From the NCBI GenBank assembly GCA_963793305.1, contig CAWBZV010000003.1:1280001-1344000 (forward strand): a DNA stretch of 64,000 nucleotides. The letters run 5' to 3'. The DNA comes from an uncultured Gemmatimonadales bacterium (GTDB taxonomy: Bacteria; Gemmatimonadota; Gemmatimonadetes; Gemmatimonadales; Gemmatimonadaceae). The notes under the pieces are model-generated. The model had not been told where the DNA came from and made no database searches. It worked only from the letters and a program-made list of their open reading frames with translations. A program made the position numbers and the translations under genes. Of the stretch, positions 19,697 to 28,969 are shown one piece after another (the stretch's first letter is position 1; every line of letters begins with the position of its first letter).

Positions 19697-20664
19697 CGGG
19701 CCGCGCCTCCGGCACGAGCGCCGGGATCGAGAACGTGTAGGTCGTTCCGATCGTAAAGAGCCACGCAGGCCGCAGCCCCTTGAACAGTCGCCCAACGCCC
19801 GCGTCGAGCACGAAGCACGGCGAAATCTGCTTCCTGAACCCAATGTCCGAAGTAAAGTCGGCCGGCCGCGGCAACCCGTTGTTGTATTGCTCGACCACGA
19901 AGTCGCCGACGACCAGCAACGACATCAACGGAAAGCTCTTGTCGACCGCCGCGCCCATCAGCAACACGTTGCCATTCGTCTGACCGTTCGATGCCGCGGC
20001 AGTCGTGGCGGCACTCGACGCGGCGATCCGCGCGACATTGGCGTCGACGTCGGCCTCCGATATTGCAGTGGGCCGCGTGTCGACGATGCCACACGGATAG
20101 TCGGGTGTTGGCGGCGGTGGCGGTGGACACTTCTTTGTGCAGGTAACCGGCGGGGGCGGCGGGGGCGCTACGTGATACGAGCTATACCCCACGTTGACAT
20201 GCAACCGCAGCCCGTCGAACAACGATTTCGTCGCGATGGCCCGGCCCTCGTACAACGTGCCACTCGTCGGCGCCCCGCCGGCGGGAAACGCCACCTCGGC
20301 CTTGAGCGCGAACGCCGGCAGCAGCGGGCTCTCGTTATTGAAGTTGTATTGCGCCGCAATGCCGAACTGCGTGACCCCATGCGAGGGGGTCTCGCCGCGC
20401 TCCCGGAAGATGAACGGCGCGATGAGCTCGAATGTCCGTGCGCGGGAGGATGCCATAACTCACGGCCGGCTCGAGCGTGGCTCGCGTGAGCCCGTTCCCG
20501 AACTGCTCGACCGTCACGGGCGCCAGTTGCAGCTCGATCGCCTGGCGCGCCGTCACGTACGCGTCTTCGATGGTGACTGGCCGCCCGGATTCGAGCTCAT
20601 GATACTCGGTCTGAGCCAGGAGAGGCCCAGCGACTAAACAGCCGATGAGAACGACAGCGCGCAT
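19686..20664 (-). CDS. Putative outer-membrane beta-barrel protein, frameshifted near 20433
   Basis: Signal plus GRPVTIEDA N-part (20335..20664 frame) continues in the 19686..20456 frame; amphipathic strands, end LFTIGTTYTF; Pro/Cys-rich loop. Confidence 0.65.
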
Positions 20665-20715
20665 CGCCTTAAGCCTTGCCTTGCCGACCCTCGTTGCGCC
20701 ACCCCAGCTGGGCGG

Positions 20716-21858
20716 ATGACATTATGGCGCGTGAGATCAACTCCTCTCCTCGCGTTCGTGACTTTCGTCGCTGCCCCACTGGCAGCACAAGATTTTCGCG
20801 CGGCGTTCGACAAATATGTGCACGACGACAGCGTCGTCGGCGGCGCCTACGTGGTGGTCGACCACGGCCGGATCACCGAATGGCACGGCGTCGGCATGGC
20901 CGATCGCGAACGCCACGAGGCCATCGACAGCAACACCATATTCCACTGGGCGTCGATCACGAAAACGTTGACGGCGGTCGCGATGATGCAGTTGCGCGAC
21001 CGTCATCGGCTGTCGCTCGACGATCACATCGTCGACTACTGCCCCGAGCTGCTGGCGGTCCATGCCGACTCTGGCAGTGTCCGTGATGTGACGTTGAAGC
21101 AGTTGTTGTCCCACAGCGCCGGGTTTCAGAACCCGACATGGCCGTACAAGCAGGGCTTGCCCTGGGAGCCGTTCGAGCCAGCGCGCTGGGAGCAGTTGGT
21201 GGCGATGATGCCCTATCAGCAGCTCGCGTTCCGTCCGGGCGCCCGCTACTCGTACTCGAATCCCGGTTTCATCTACTTGGGCCGCGTCATCGAATCACTC
21301 TCGGGTGACCCATACGCGCTCTATATCGTGAAGAACATTTTCATGCCCCTCGGCATGACGCACAGCTACATGAACGTCACGCCGTATTACTTGGAAGCGC
21401 ATCGCTCGAACAACTATACGGTCACCAACGGAGTCGTCACGGCCAACGGTCGCGACTTCGACACGGGCATCACCACCGCCAACAGCGGCCTCAACGCCCC
21501 ACTCGGCGACATGGCCCGCTACGTTGGATTCCTGACGTCAGTGGCGCCCACAGTGCTCGCACGAGCGACGCTCGACGAGATGTGGCGCCCGGTCGTTCGG
21601 ATCGAGCCGGGCTCGTGGCCAGAAACCCCGGCCGCGGGTTCGTCCATGGGCCTGTCGTTTTTCATCTTCCCGCGCGGGAACGTGACGTTCGTGGGCCACA
21701 CGGGCGAGCAGGCGGGCTACCGCAGCTTTCTCTTTATCAACCCGGCCAACGGAAAGGCGATAGTCGGCTCGTTGAACACCACGCACGCCGAGAACTCAGG
21801 CGCAACGGCTGCCGGCTATGATTCACTCCGAGAGCAAGCGTTCCAGCTAATACGCTGA
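20716..21858 (+). CDS. Serine hydrolase, beta-lactamase/AmpC family
   Basis: ASITK (SxxK), LLSHSAG, YSYSN, GHTG; signal peptide. Confidence 0.9.
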   Translation: MTLWRVRSTPLLAFVTFVAAPLAAQDFRAAFDKYVHDDSVVGGAYVVVDHGRITEWHGVGMADRERHEAIDSNTIFHWASITKTLTAVAMMQLRDRHRLSLDDHIVDYCPELLAVHADSGSVRDVTLKQLLSHSAGFQNPTWPYKQGLPWEPFEPARWEQLVAMMPYQQLAFRPGARYSYSNPGFIYLGRVIESLSGDPYALYIVKNIFMPLGMTHSYMNVTPYYLEAHRSNNYTVTNGVVTANGRDFDTGITTANSGLNAPLGDMARYVGFLTSVAPTVLARATLDEMWRPVVRIEPGSWPETPAAGSSMGLSFFIFPRGNVTFVGHTGEQAGYRSFLFINPANGKAIVGSLNTTHAENSGATAAGYDSLREQAFQLIR

Positions 21859-21883
21859 GCGAGACGGAGTCGAGCGACATCTT

Positions 21884-21944
21884 AACCGACCAGTCGAGCA
21901 GCGTCTGGGCGAAGCCCGCTGCATCGACGAGCCGCGGAGCGGCG
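21884..21944 (+). repeat. Structured dispersed repeat (REP-like), copy 2
   Basis: AACCGACCAGTCGAGCA-gcgtctgggcgaagcccgc-TGCATCGACGAGCCGCGGAGCGGCG between convergent genes; matches 3533-3588. Confidence 0.7.
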
Positions 21945-21952
21945 ACGTTCGA

Positions 21953-22231
21953 TTATCTCAAGTAGCTGCGAATGATATCCACGAGCTGCTCGGCAGCCTG
22001 ATGCTCGTGGGAGTCGGGCTCCGAGTCCGGCGGCAGGACGTGATACCGCACGTGATCCTCGAGAATCTCGGCCATAAGCGCGTTGATCGCGCCCCGGCAC
22101 GCGGCGAGCGTGTGCAGAGCCCGCTCGCAGTCGATGTCCTCGGCCAAGAGCTCCTCGACGGCCCCGACCTGACCCCGTATGCGCTTGATGCGATTGATGA
22201 GCTTCTGCTTCTCGCGCACGGTGTGCGACAT
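21953..22231 (-). CDS. RcnR/FrmR/CsoR family metal/formaldehyde-sensing repressor
   Basis: MSHTVREKQKLINRIKRIRGQV...DCERALH...RGAINALM...EDHVRYHV. Confidence 0.92.
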   Translation of the reverse strand: MSHTVREKQKLINRIKRIRGQVGAVEELLAEDIDCERALHTLAACRGAINALMAEILEDHVRYHVLPPDSEPDSHEHQAAEQLVDIIRSYLR

Positions 22232-22248
22232 GTGGGCCATGTCGAATG

Positions 22249-22269
22249 GTATACCATGGAAGGGTATAC
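22249..22269. promoter_or_regulatory. Inverted-repeat operator for the RcnR/CsoR-family repressor
   Basis: GTATACC-atggaag-GGTATAC perfect 7-bp arms just upstream of the repressor; resembles the family TAC...GTA operators. Confidence 0.7.
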
Positions 22270-22320
22270 GGCTAGGCATTTGGGGACGACCCTGGCACCC
22301 CTAATGCGTTAGGAGACGGC

Positions 22321-22575
22321 ATGTATATCATCTGGTGGGTCATCGTCGGCCTGATCGCGGGCTGGGCAACAGGCAAGATCATGCGTGGAGCGGGCTACGG
22401 CCCGCTCATGGACATCGTCCTCGGCATCGTCGGGGCCGTCATCGGTGGATGGATCGTGACCGCGCTCGGCTTTGGGGGCGGCGGGATGATCTACACGATC
22501 ATCGTCGCCATCCTGGGTGCGTGCATCCTGGTCGCGATCGCTCGGATGCTGTCCGGGCGAAGGTCGGTTGTGTAA
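22321..22575 (+). CDS. GlsB/YeaQ/YmgE family membrane protein
   Basis: IVGLIAGWAT...DIVLGIVGAVIGG...VAILGA; AGGAG RBS. Confidence 0.9.
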   Translation: MYIIWWVIVGLIAGWATGKIMRGAGYGPLMDIVLGIVGAVIGGWIVTALGFGGGGMIYTIIVAILGACILVAIARMLSGRRSVV

Positions 22576-22821
22576 GGCCATCGAAAGTGTTGCGTCCGAG
22601 CCGCGGTGGGAGCATCGACCCTCGGTAGCCCCCAGCTACCCCTGGGCGTTGCCCCGCCGCGTTTGCATCTCGCTGGCGAGTTACGGCCGGCTAGGCGCGG
22701 CGGAGCCCTTACCACAAGGCATCTTGCCCTGCACGGATGCGTCGTCATGACTGACGATAAGGACATACTCATGTGATCGGGCTCGCGGCTTAAAGGTTGC
22801 TCATGAGGCATCATTAATCCC

Positions 22822-23418
22822 ATGATCAACGCCGCCCGAAAACTCGCCCTGATTGCTTGCACCTTCGGTCTTACCGGGTGCGGATATCTCGACAACATGC
22901 TCGCGCCGGCAAAGCCCGACACGGCGCAGTGGGATAAATTCGCTCCGCCAGGCTGGTATCGTACGCTGTTCGTTCAGGCCGAAGAGTGCTCCGGCCTCCA
23001 CCGCGACTACTCGGCGCTGCGCTTCTACTATCACGTCCAGAAGAGCCCCACGGACTACGTGCTCGATAGCCAGGGCCAGCCGGTGCTCGCCATGACGAAC
23101 TACTGGACCCGTCAGATCTGGATTGGCTCCGAGTCGCTCGCCGACCCGATGGTCGTCGAGCACGAGATGATGCACTATCTCCTCGACGGTGTCGGCGGTC
23201 ACCCGCCCGAGTACTTCGAGGCGAAGTGCCACCTCCGTCCCTGGGCCTACACCGACGCTGACTACGTGCGCGATCACAACATGATGTCGGCGTTCTTCCA
23301 GCAGAACGGCTCGCTCGAGCTGCCGTCCGCCGCGAACATCGGCGCGACGACCGCGAACAACACCGTGTCTGACGGGAACGACGTGGGCGTGCCGACGGGC
23401 GCTTCGGCCTCGGAGTAA
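22822..23418 (+). CDS. Lipoprotein with HExxH zincin motif
   Basis: Lipobox LTGC; VVEHEMMHYLL...GH. Confidence 0.7.
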   Translation: MINAARKLALIACTFGLTGCGYLDNMLAPAKPDTAQWDKFAPPGWYRTLFVQAEECSGLHRDYSALRFYYHVQKSPTDYVLDSQGQPVLAMTNYWTRQIWIGSESLADPMVVEHEMMHYLLDGVGGHPPEYFEAKCHLRPWAYTDADYVRDHNMMSAFFQQNGSLELPSAANIGATTANNTVSDGNDVGVPTGASASE

Positions 23419-23431
23419 CCAGCGCGGCGAG

Positions 23432-24676
23432 CTATTCGTAGCGCAGCGCGGTGACCGGGTCGAGCCGGGACGCGCGAAGGGCGGGCAGAAGGCCGAAGAA
23501 GATGCCGGTGATGGCGCTGGCGCCGAGCGAGGCGACGATCGCGAAAGCGGGGATCGTCGCCTCGACTGGTGAAATGGAGCGAATGAGCCAGCTGGCGAGC
23601 CCGCCGCCCACGAGGCCGATAATGGCGCCGATCATGGTCAGCGTCGCCGCCTCGACCAGGAACTGCCAGAGAATCGCGCCGCGGGTCGCCCCGAGCGCCT
23701 TCCGTACCCCGATCTCGCGCGTGCGCTCGGTGACGCTGATCATCATGATCGCGACCACCCCGACGCCGCCAACGAGGAGCCCGATCCCGGACAGCACGAG
23801 CATGACGAGGAAGAAGACGAGAACGGTCTGGTTGTAGACCTCCATGACCTTCTCGTTGCCATAGATGAAGAACGAGTTGCCCGCGTCCGGCCGTAAGCCC
23901 CGATGCACGCGCAGCGTGGCGGTCACGTCGTCCATGGCGATGTCCTGCGCCACGTCCTCTTTCGGCTTGACCGTCAAATCCAGCCAGTGGATGTCGACCT
24001 TGAGCGACCGCCGCGCGGTCTCGAACGGCACCACGACCTTGGGCTTGTTCGCCGGGTCGAAGAGATTGCCGCGCTGGTGATAGACGCCAATGACATGGTA
24101 CGGCTCATTGTCCAGCGAGATGAACTTCCCGATGGCCGGCCCGCTCGGAAAGAAGTCCTCCGCGACCACGCTATTGATGAGCGCGACGTGCGCCCCACCG
24201 TCGTTCTCCCGCTGCGTGAACGTCCGCCCCGAGTCGATAACCGAGGGGTCGACCTCCGTCCACCCGGGCGTATACGCGTCGACGTTGACGGATGACAACG
24301 ATCGGTCGTTGACCCGCGCCAGCGCCGTGGTATTCACATGCACGATGACCGCGTGCACACTCGACAGCGCCCCGATCTGGGCCGCCTCGGCCACCGAGAT
24401 CGGCTTGTTGTGCCGCCAGGGACAACTATCGGCCGAGCCGTTGCAGCTATTGACCGACATCGGCCAGCGCGTGACGTAGAACGTCGTCGGCCCCGCCGCG
24501 GCCAGCTCGGCCTCGACGCCGTTATTAATCCCGTGCACGGCGGCCGACATCGCGGTAACGACGAACACGCCGACAGCGATGCCGAGAATCGTGAGACCCG
24601 CGCGCACGCGGTTCGATTTAATCGCGTCGACCGCGATCATCACGCCCTCTACCAGGGCAAGGATAAACCGGCTCAT
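23432..24676 (-). CDS. MacB/FtsX-type ABC transporter permease
   Basis: LTILGIAVGV; IMMISVTERTREIGVRKALGA; LDPVTALRYE. Confidence 0.93.
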   Translation of the reverse strand: MSRFILALVEGVMIAVDAIKSNRVRAGLTILGIAVGVFVVTAMSAAVHGINNGVEAELAAAGPTTFYVTRWPMSVNSCNGSADSCPWRHNKPISVAEAAQIGALSSVHAVIVHVNTTALARVNDRSLSSVNVDAYTPGWTEVDPSVIDSGRTFTQRENDGGAHVALINSVVAEDFFPSGPAIGKFISLDNEPYHVIGVYHQRGNLFDPANKPKVVVPFETARRSLKVDIHWLDLTVKPKEDVAQDIAMDDVTATLRVHRGLRPDAGNSFFIYGNEKVMEVYNQTVLVFFLVMLVLSGIGLLVGGVGVVAIMMISVTERTREIGVRKALGATRGAILWQFLVEAATLTMIGAIIGLVGGGLASWLIRSISPVEATIPAFAIVASLGASAITGIFFGLLPALRASRLDPVTALRYE

Positions 24677-25914
24677 TCAGAACGCAGCGCGACGATGGGA
24701 TCGAGGCGCGAGGCGCGGCTGGCGGGGTACGCGCCGGCGACAATGCCCACGCCGCCACCGAGTGCGACAGCGACAATGATCGACCAGGGCGCGATCGCGG
24801 CCGGCAATGGCGACAGGGCCGCGACGAGCTGTGTAAGGCCGAGCCCCAAGGCGATCCCGATGCCGGCGCCGATCAAGCTCAGGGTCGCGGCCTCGACGAG
24901 GAACTGGGCCATGATGTCGCGCCGCCGCGCCCCCAGCGACTTTCGTATCCCGATCTCCCGCGTCCGCTCGGCCACCGCGACGAGCATGATATTCATGATC
25001 ACGATCGCGCCGACGAGGAGGCCGACCGACGGCAGGATGAGGCCACCCCACACCATGAACGTCTTGAGCACGCGCCAATCACTGAGCGCCGACTCCGACG
25101 TCTCGAACACGAAGTTGTCCGGCTCACTCGGGTGGAGCTTGTGCCGGCGGCGCATGACGTCCCGCGCGCGATCCTCGGCGTCGATCAAGCCACTCGCGGA
25201 GGGCGCTTGCACGACCACACCATAGAGCCCCGCTGACCTGCGCAGCGAGCGCTCGAGCGGCGAGTGGAAGGGGCCGATGATCTGCCGGTCGAGGTCGAGC
25301 CCGAACACCGATCCCTGCTTCTCGAGCAACCCGATCACGGTGAAGGGCAGGCCATCGACGCGAAGCTCACGCCCGATGGGATCGAGATGCGGGAAAAGCT
25401 GATCCGCCGCCGTCTTGCCGATCACCACCACCGACGCGCCGTAGGTGTCTTCCTCGGTGTTGAAGAGGCGGCCCGCGGTGACATGCAGATCTTTGATCGC
25501 GAAATAGTCCTCGGTGACGCCTTCGAGCATCACTTGCGGTCCACCCTTCGAGTACTCGGACCGCGGCGACACCCACCGCGCGTCCTGAATCGCCCATCGG
25601 ACCTGCGCCGGAAGCCCTTCTCGGACGGCTTGGGCGTCGTCGACCGTGATCACTGGCCGCTGTTTCCACTCGCGCCAGGTTTTTTCGGAGACATCACCGC
25701 CAATGTCGGGGAATCGGCGCAAGTTGAACGTGTTGATGCCGAGGAACTTGCCCGCGAAATCTTCCTCGACATACTTGGACATCCCGTTCACGACCGCGAC
25801 CACGGCGACCAGGAACATGACGCCAATGGTGACGCCCATGAGCGTGAACACGCTCTTGAGCTTTTGAACACGTATTTGTGACAGGGCCAGCCGGATGGCC
25901 TCGAACAGCGACAT
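24673..25914 (-). CDS. MacB/FtsX-type ABC transporter permease
   Basis: IMNIMLVAVAERTREIGIRKSLGA; LDPIVALRSE; ATGA overlap with the next permease. Confidence 0.93.
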   Translation of the reverse strand: MSLFEAIRLALSQIRVQKLKSVFTLMGVTIGVMFLVAVVAVVNGMSKYVEEDFAGKFLGINTFNLRRFPDIGGDVSEKTWREWKQRPVITVDDAQAVREGLPAQVRWAIQDARWVSPRSEYSKGGPQVMLEGVTEDYFAIKDLHVTAGRLFNTEEDTYGASVVVIGKTAADQLFPHLDPIGRELRVDGLPFTVIGLLEKQGSVFGLDLDRQIIGPFHSPLERSLRRSAGLYGVVVQAPSASGLIDAEDRARDVMRRRHKLHPSEPDNFVFETSESALSDWRVLKTFMVWGGLILPSVGLLVGAIVIMNIMLVAVAERTREIGIRKSLGARRRDIMAQFLVEAATLSLIGAGIGIALGLGLTQLVAALSPLPAAIAPWSIIVAVALGGGVGIVAGAYPASRASRLDPIVALRSE

Positions 25915-25936
25915 GCGGCCACTACGGACCTAGTCG

Positions 25937-26443
25937 CTATCCGGTTTCGCCTTTGATCTCCACGGCGATCCCGGCGACCATGAGGGTCACCCGATCGGCC
26001 GCTTCGGCCACCAGTTGGTTCACGACCCCGAGGGCGTCCCGATACCGGCGCGCCAATGGGTTATCCGGCACAATGCCCAGTCCAACTTCGTTGCTGATCA
26101 CCACCCAATTGGACTGGTGCGCCCGATACGCCGCCAGCAGGGGCGCCACCCACTCGGCCGGAGTCCCACCGGCTTCTATGAGATTCCCCACCCAAAGCGT
26201 CAGACAATCGACGATGACCGTGTCATACCCACCGCCCTTGGCCCGCAGCGCTCGCGCGATCTGCCGGGGCTCCTCCAGCGTGTCCCACTCGGTCGGACGC
26301 TCGGCCTTGTGCGCCGCAATACGCACCGCCATTTCCTCGTCCAGCGCCTCGGCGGTCGCGACAAACAACGCGCGTCCCTTCGCCAGCGTCAACGCCCGCG
26401 TGCTCTTGCCCGATCGTGCGCCACCGAGGATGAGCGTCAGCAC
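25937..26443 (-). CDS. cobU: Adenosylcobinamide kinase / adenosylcobinamide-phosphate guanylyltransferase
   Basis: LILGGARSGKS, ATAEALDEEM..RIAAH, VDCLTLW, SNEVGLGIVP. Confidence 0.95.
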   Translation of the reverse strand: MLTLILGGARSGKSTRALTLAKGRALFVATAEALDEEMAVRIAAHKAERPTEWDTLEEPRQIARALRAKGGGYDTVIVDCLTLWVGNLIEAGGTPAEWVAPLLAAYRAHQSNWVVISNEVGLGIVPDNPLARRYRDALGVVNQLVAEAADRVTLMVAGIAVEIKGETG

Positions 26444-27810
26444 TCGATCCCCGCGAGTCTGAACATCGCTCTCACGTCACAGTGCCTCGACACATGCTCG
26501 GCCAATGCGTCGAATACTTGATCTCGCGTCGGCGGCAGCGGTCCGAGGTCGAGCTCGACGCCTTTCTGCTCCGCGATCTGGCGCAAGATCCCCCGGCGAC
26601 GATCCGGATCGTCGAACAGCCCGTGCACGTATGTGCCGGCAACGCACCCTTCCGACAGCGGACCTTCACTGACGCCATTGTGAATCTCATAGCCCCCGCC
26701 GGCCAGGCGCTTCGTCGTCTTGACGGCGTCGAACGTCGTCACCACTGGCAGCAATCCCAGCCCCACGACGCAATCGCGCGACGATTCGACGTGGAGCGGG
26801 TCTCTGATCTCGCGACCAAGCATCTGATATCCACCGCAAATGCCGAGGATCGGCGTGTCCTTCGTCAACACCTCAGCAAAGCCCCGTGCGCGAAGCCATT
26901 CGAGATCCGCCACGGTCGTCTTGGTACCTGGCAGCACGATGAGATCCGGGCGCCCGAGCTGCTCGACTCGATCGACGAACCGCACGCCCACGCCACGCTC
27001 CCGGCGCAATGGGTCGAAGTCGTCGAAGTTCGCCATATGTGGAAACTGTATGACCGCAATGTCAATGATGGCATCGGCCACGTGATCGGTCGGCACTCCG
27101 AGTGTGTCTTCTTCGGGCAGCCCGATCTCCGGCATGTACGGAATGACGCCAAGCGTCGGAATCCCTGTACGCTCGGCCAACATGCTCGGCCCCGGCTCGA
27201 TAAGCGAAGGATCACCGCGGAACTTGTTGATGACAAACCCACGAACGAGTTGGCGCTCGGCGTTGCTGAGCAGTGCCACGGTGCCATAGAGCGATGCGAA
27301 CACGCCGCCGCGCTCGATGTCGCCGACGAGTACCACAGGAGCGTTGGCGCGAAGTGCCACGCGCATATTCACGATCTCGCGCGAAGCCAGGTTGATCTCA
27401 GCAGGGCTTCCGGCGCCTTCGATGATGACCAGATCGTGCTCAGCGAGCAGCGCGTCGAGACTCTCCGTGACGACGGGCCACAACGCCTCGCGCCGCTCGA
27501 AGTACTCGGCCGCGCGCTCCGCCCCGATCGCGCGGCCGAGCACGATAACCTGGGACCGCTGGTCATCGGTCGGCTTGAGCAGGATGGGATTCATCTGAAC
27601 CGTCGGCACGACACCGGCGGCCTCAGCCTGCGTATACTGCGCCCGCCCGATCTCGCCACCGTCCGGCGTAACCGCCGCATTGAGCGACATGTTCTGCGCT
27701 TTGAACGGCGCAACCCGATATCCCGCGTTGGCGGCGATGCGACACAACGCGGTCACCAATGTCGACTTGCCGACGTGTGATGCGGTGCCTTGGACCATGA
27801 GGACCGGCAT
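26437..27810 (-). CDS. cobQ: Cobyric acid synthase
   Basis: MVQGTASHVGKS, PFKAQNMS, EGAGSPAEINL, GICGGYQMLG, GYEIH, GTYVHGLF. Confidence 0.95.
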   Translation of the reverse strand: MPVLMVQGTASHVGKSTLVTALCRIAANAGYRVAPFKAQNMSLNAAVTPDGGEIGRAQYTQAEAAGVVPTVQMNPILLKPTDDQRSQVIVLGRAIGAERAAEYFERREALWPVVTESLDALLAEHDLVIIEGAGSPAEINLASREIVNMRVALRANAPVVLVGDIERGGVFASLYGTVALLSNAERQLVRGFVINKFRGDPSLIEPGPSMLAERTGIPTLGVIPYMPEIGLPEEDTLGVPTDHVADAIIDIAVIQFPHMANFDDFDPLRRERGVGVRFVDRVEQLGRPDLIVLPGTKTTVADLEWLRARGFAEVLTKDTPILGICGGYQMLGREIRDPLHVESSRDCVVGLGLLPVVTTFDAVKTTKRLAGGGYEIHNGVSEGPLSEGCVAGTYVHGLFDDPDRRRGILRQIAEQKGVELDLGPLPPTRDQVFDALAEHVSRHCDVRAMFRLAGIEC

Positions 27811-27883
27811 CCGTCGAGGCTAGCCGCGCTCGCGCTTGCGCGCCAGCCGCGCGCTGAGTTACCGTTCGGCCCACAATTGTTCG

Positions 27884-28042
27884 GCGAACGGGGCTCACGG
27901 AAGACCGGTGAAAGACCGGCGCGGCCCCGCCACTGTAAGAGGCATTACGGCGTGCTCGAAAGAGCCACTGGTGCGCGGCCCTAGTCCGCGCGCTGGGAAG
28001 GCGAGCCCGCTGCCTCGAGCCAGGAGACGCGTCCCGTTTCGC
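27884..28042 (+). ncRNA. Cobalamin riboswitch
   Basis: GGAA-gaCCGGTG-AAAgaCCGGcgCgGCCCcgcCACTGT, AGCCACTG...GGGAAG, B12 box GAGCCAGGAGAC; P1 cgaacggg/cccgtttcg; upstream of btuF. Confidence 0.93.
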
Positions 28043-28078
28043 TCCCGAAGGCAACACCCTCGAGGGAGGGGCACGGGG

Positions 28079-28969
28079 ATGGTTCGCTACCTAGGCTTAC
28101 TGCTCATCGCCATCGGCTGCACCAGCGGCACGCCGCCGGCGCAGTCCAAATTTGTTTTGGTCGACGGTGACGGCGACACGGTCCGACTGGCCGCCGCCGC
28201 GCAGCGCGTGATCTGCCTGGTGCCGAGCGTCACGGATCTCACCATCGCGATGGGCCTGCAATCGCGACTGGTCGGCCGCACCCGATATGACAAGTCCCCA
28301 GCGATAGCCTCGGTAGCGTCCGTAGGCGGGACGATCGATCCCGACCTGGAGCGCGTGTTCGCGCTGCACCCAGATCTCGTCCTCGCCTGGGAGGGCACAA
28401 AGGGGACGGCGCAGCGACAGGCGATCGGCGCACATGGTATCCCGTTGTACGCCGTAGCACTCCGTGACTCGGCCGCGCTGTTCAAGACGGTAAAAGACCT
28501 CGGCACGATGCTGGGATCCGACAGCGCCGCCGTGCAAATGGCCACGTCACTCCGAGCGCAACTCGACTCCGTGCGAGCGTCGGTGAGCGGGTTGCCCCGT
28601 CCGACGGTGCTGTTCGCGATCTGGGGCGATCCGCCCATGACCGTCGGCCCTCGCACATTCATCGCCGAGCTGATCCGCATCGCCGGCGGCCGTAACGTAT
28701 TCGATGACGCGTCGATGGACTGGCCGCGCGTGACCGTCGAGGAGATCGTGCATCGCGCCCCGGATGTCGTGATCCTCTCGGTCGGCGAAGACTCGACGCG
28801 CGGCGCTGAGGCCTTGCGACGCGCGCCGGGCTGGCGCACGCTGCCCGCCGTTCGCGCGGGCCACATCGCCGCAGTCCCGGCGGATCTCACCAATCGTCCG
28901 GGCCCACTCTTCGGCGTAGCCGCGCGCGCATTTCGCGATGCCATCCACCCCGAGGCGCGCCCGCGATGA
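28079..28969 (+). CDS. btuF: Cobalamin ABC transporter substrate-binding lipoprotein
   Basis: Lipobox AIGC; QRVICLVPSVTD, LVGRTRYD, DLERVFALHPDLV, RPGP; follows the B12 riboswitch. Confidence 0.88.
   Translation: MVRYLGLLLIAIGCTSGTPPAQSKFVLVDGDGDTVRLAAAAQRVICLVPSVTDLTIAMGLQSRLVGRTRYDKSPAIASVASVGGTIDPDLERVFALHPDLVLAWEGTKGTAQRQAIGAHGIPLYAVALRDSAALFKTVKDLGTMLGSDSAAVQMATSLRAQLDSVRASVSGLPRPTVLFAIWGDPPMTVGPRTFIAELIRIAGGRNVFDDASMDWPRVTVEEIVHRAPDVVILSVGEDSTRGAEALRRAPGWRTLPAVRAGHIAAVPADLTNRPGPLFGVAARAFRDAIHPEARPR

Noticed and set aside
21878..21955. Repeat copy 2 as an integron attC site
   Set aside because: TAAC...GTT is present but the R' box does not fit GTTRRRY, copy 1 lacks it, and there is no integrase or cassette array.
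22293..22307. Sigma-54-like TGGCAC-N-TGC (GG-N10-GC) before the GlsB-family gene
   Set aside because: The implied TSS would fall downstream of the AGGAG RBS; too doubtful.
22576..22821. Long intergenic region as a riboswitch or sRNA
   Set aside because: No recognisable conserved motif by eye; needs an Rfam scan.
23432..25914. Permease pair lacking an ATPase as a novel B12 exporter
   Set aside because: Paired MacB-like permeases with distant ATPases are common; adjacency to cobU alone is weak evidence.
27836..28078. N-terminal extension of btuF in the ORF track
   Set aside because: It spans the riboswitch; the lipoprotein signal starts at ATG 28079.
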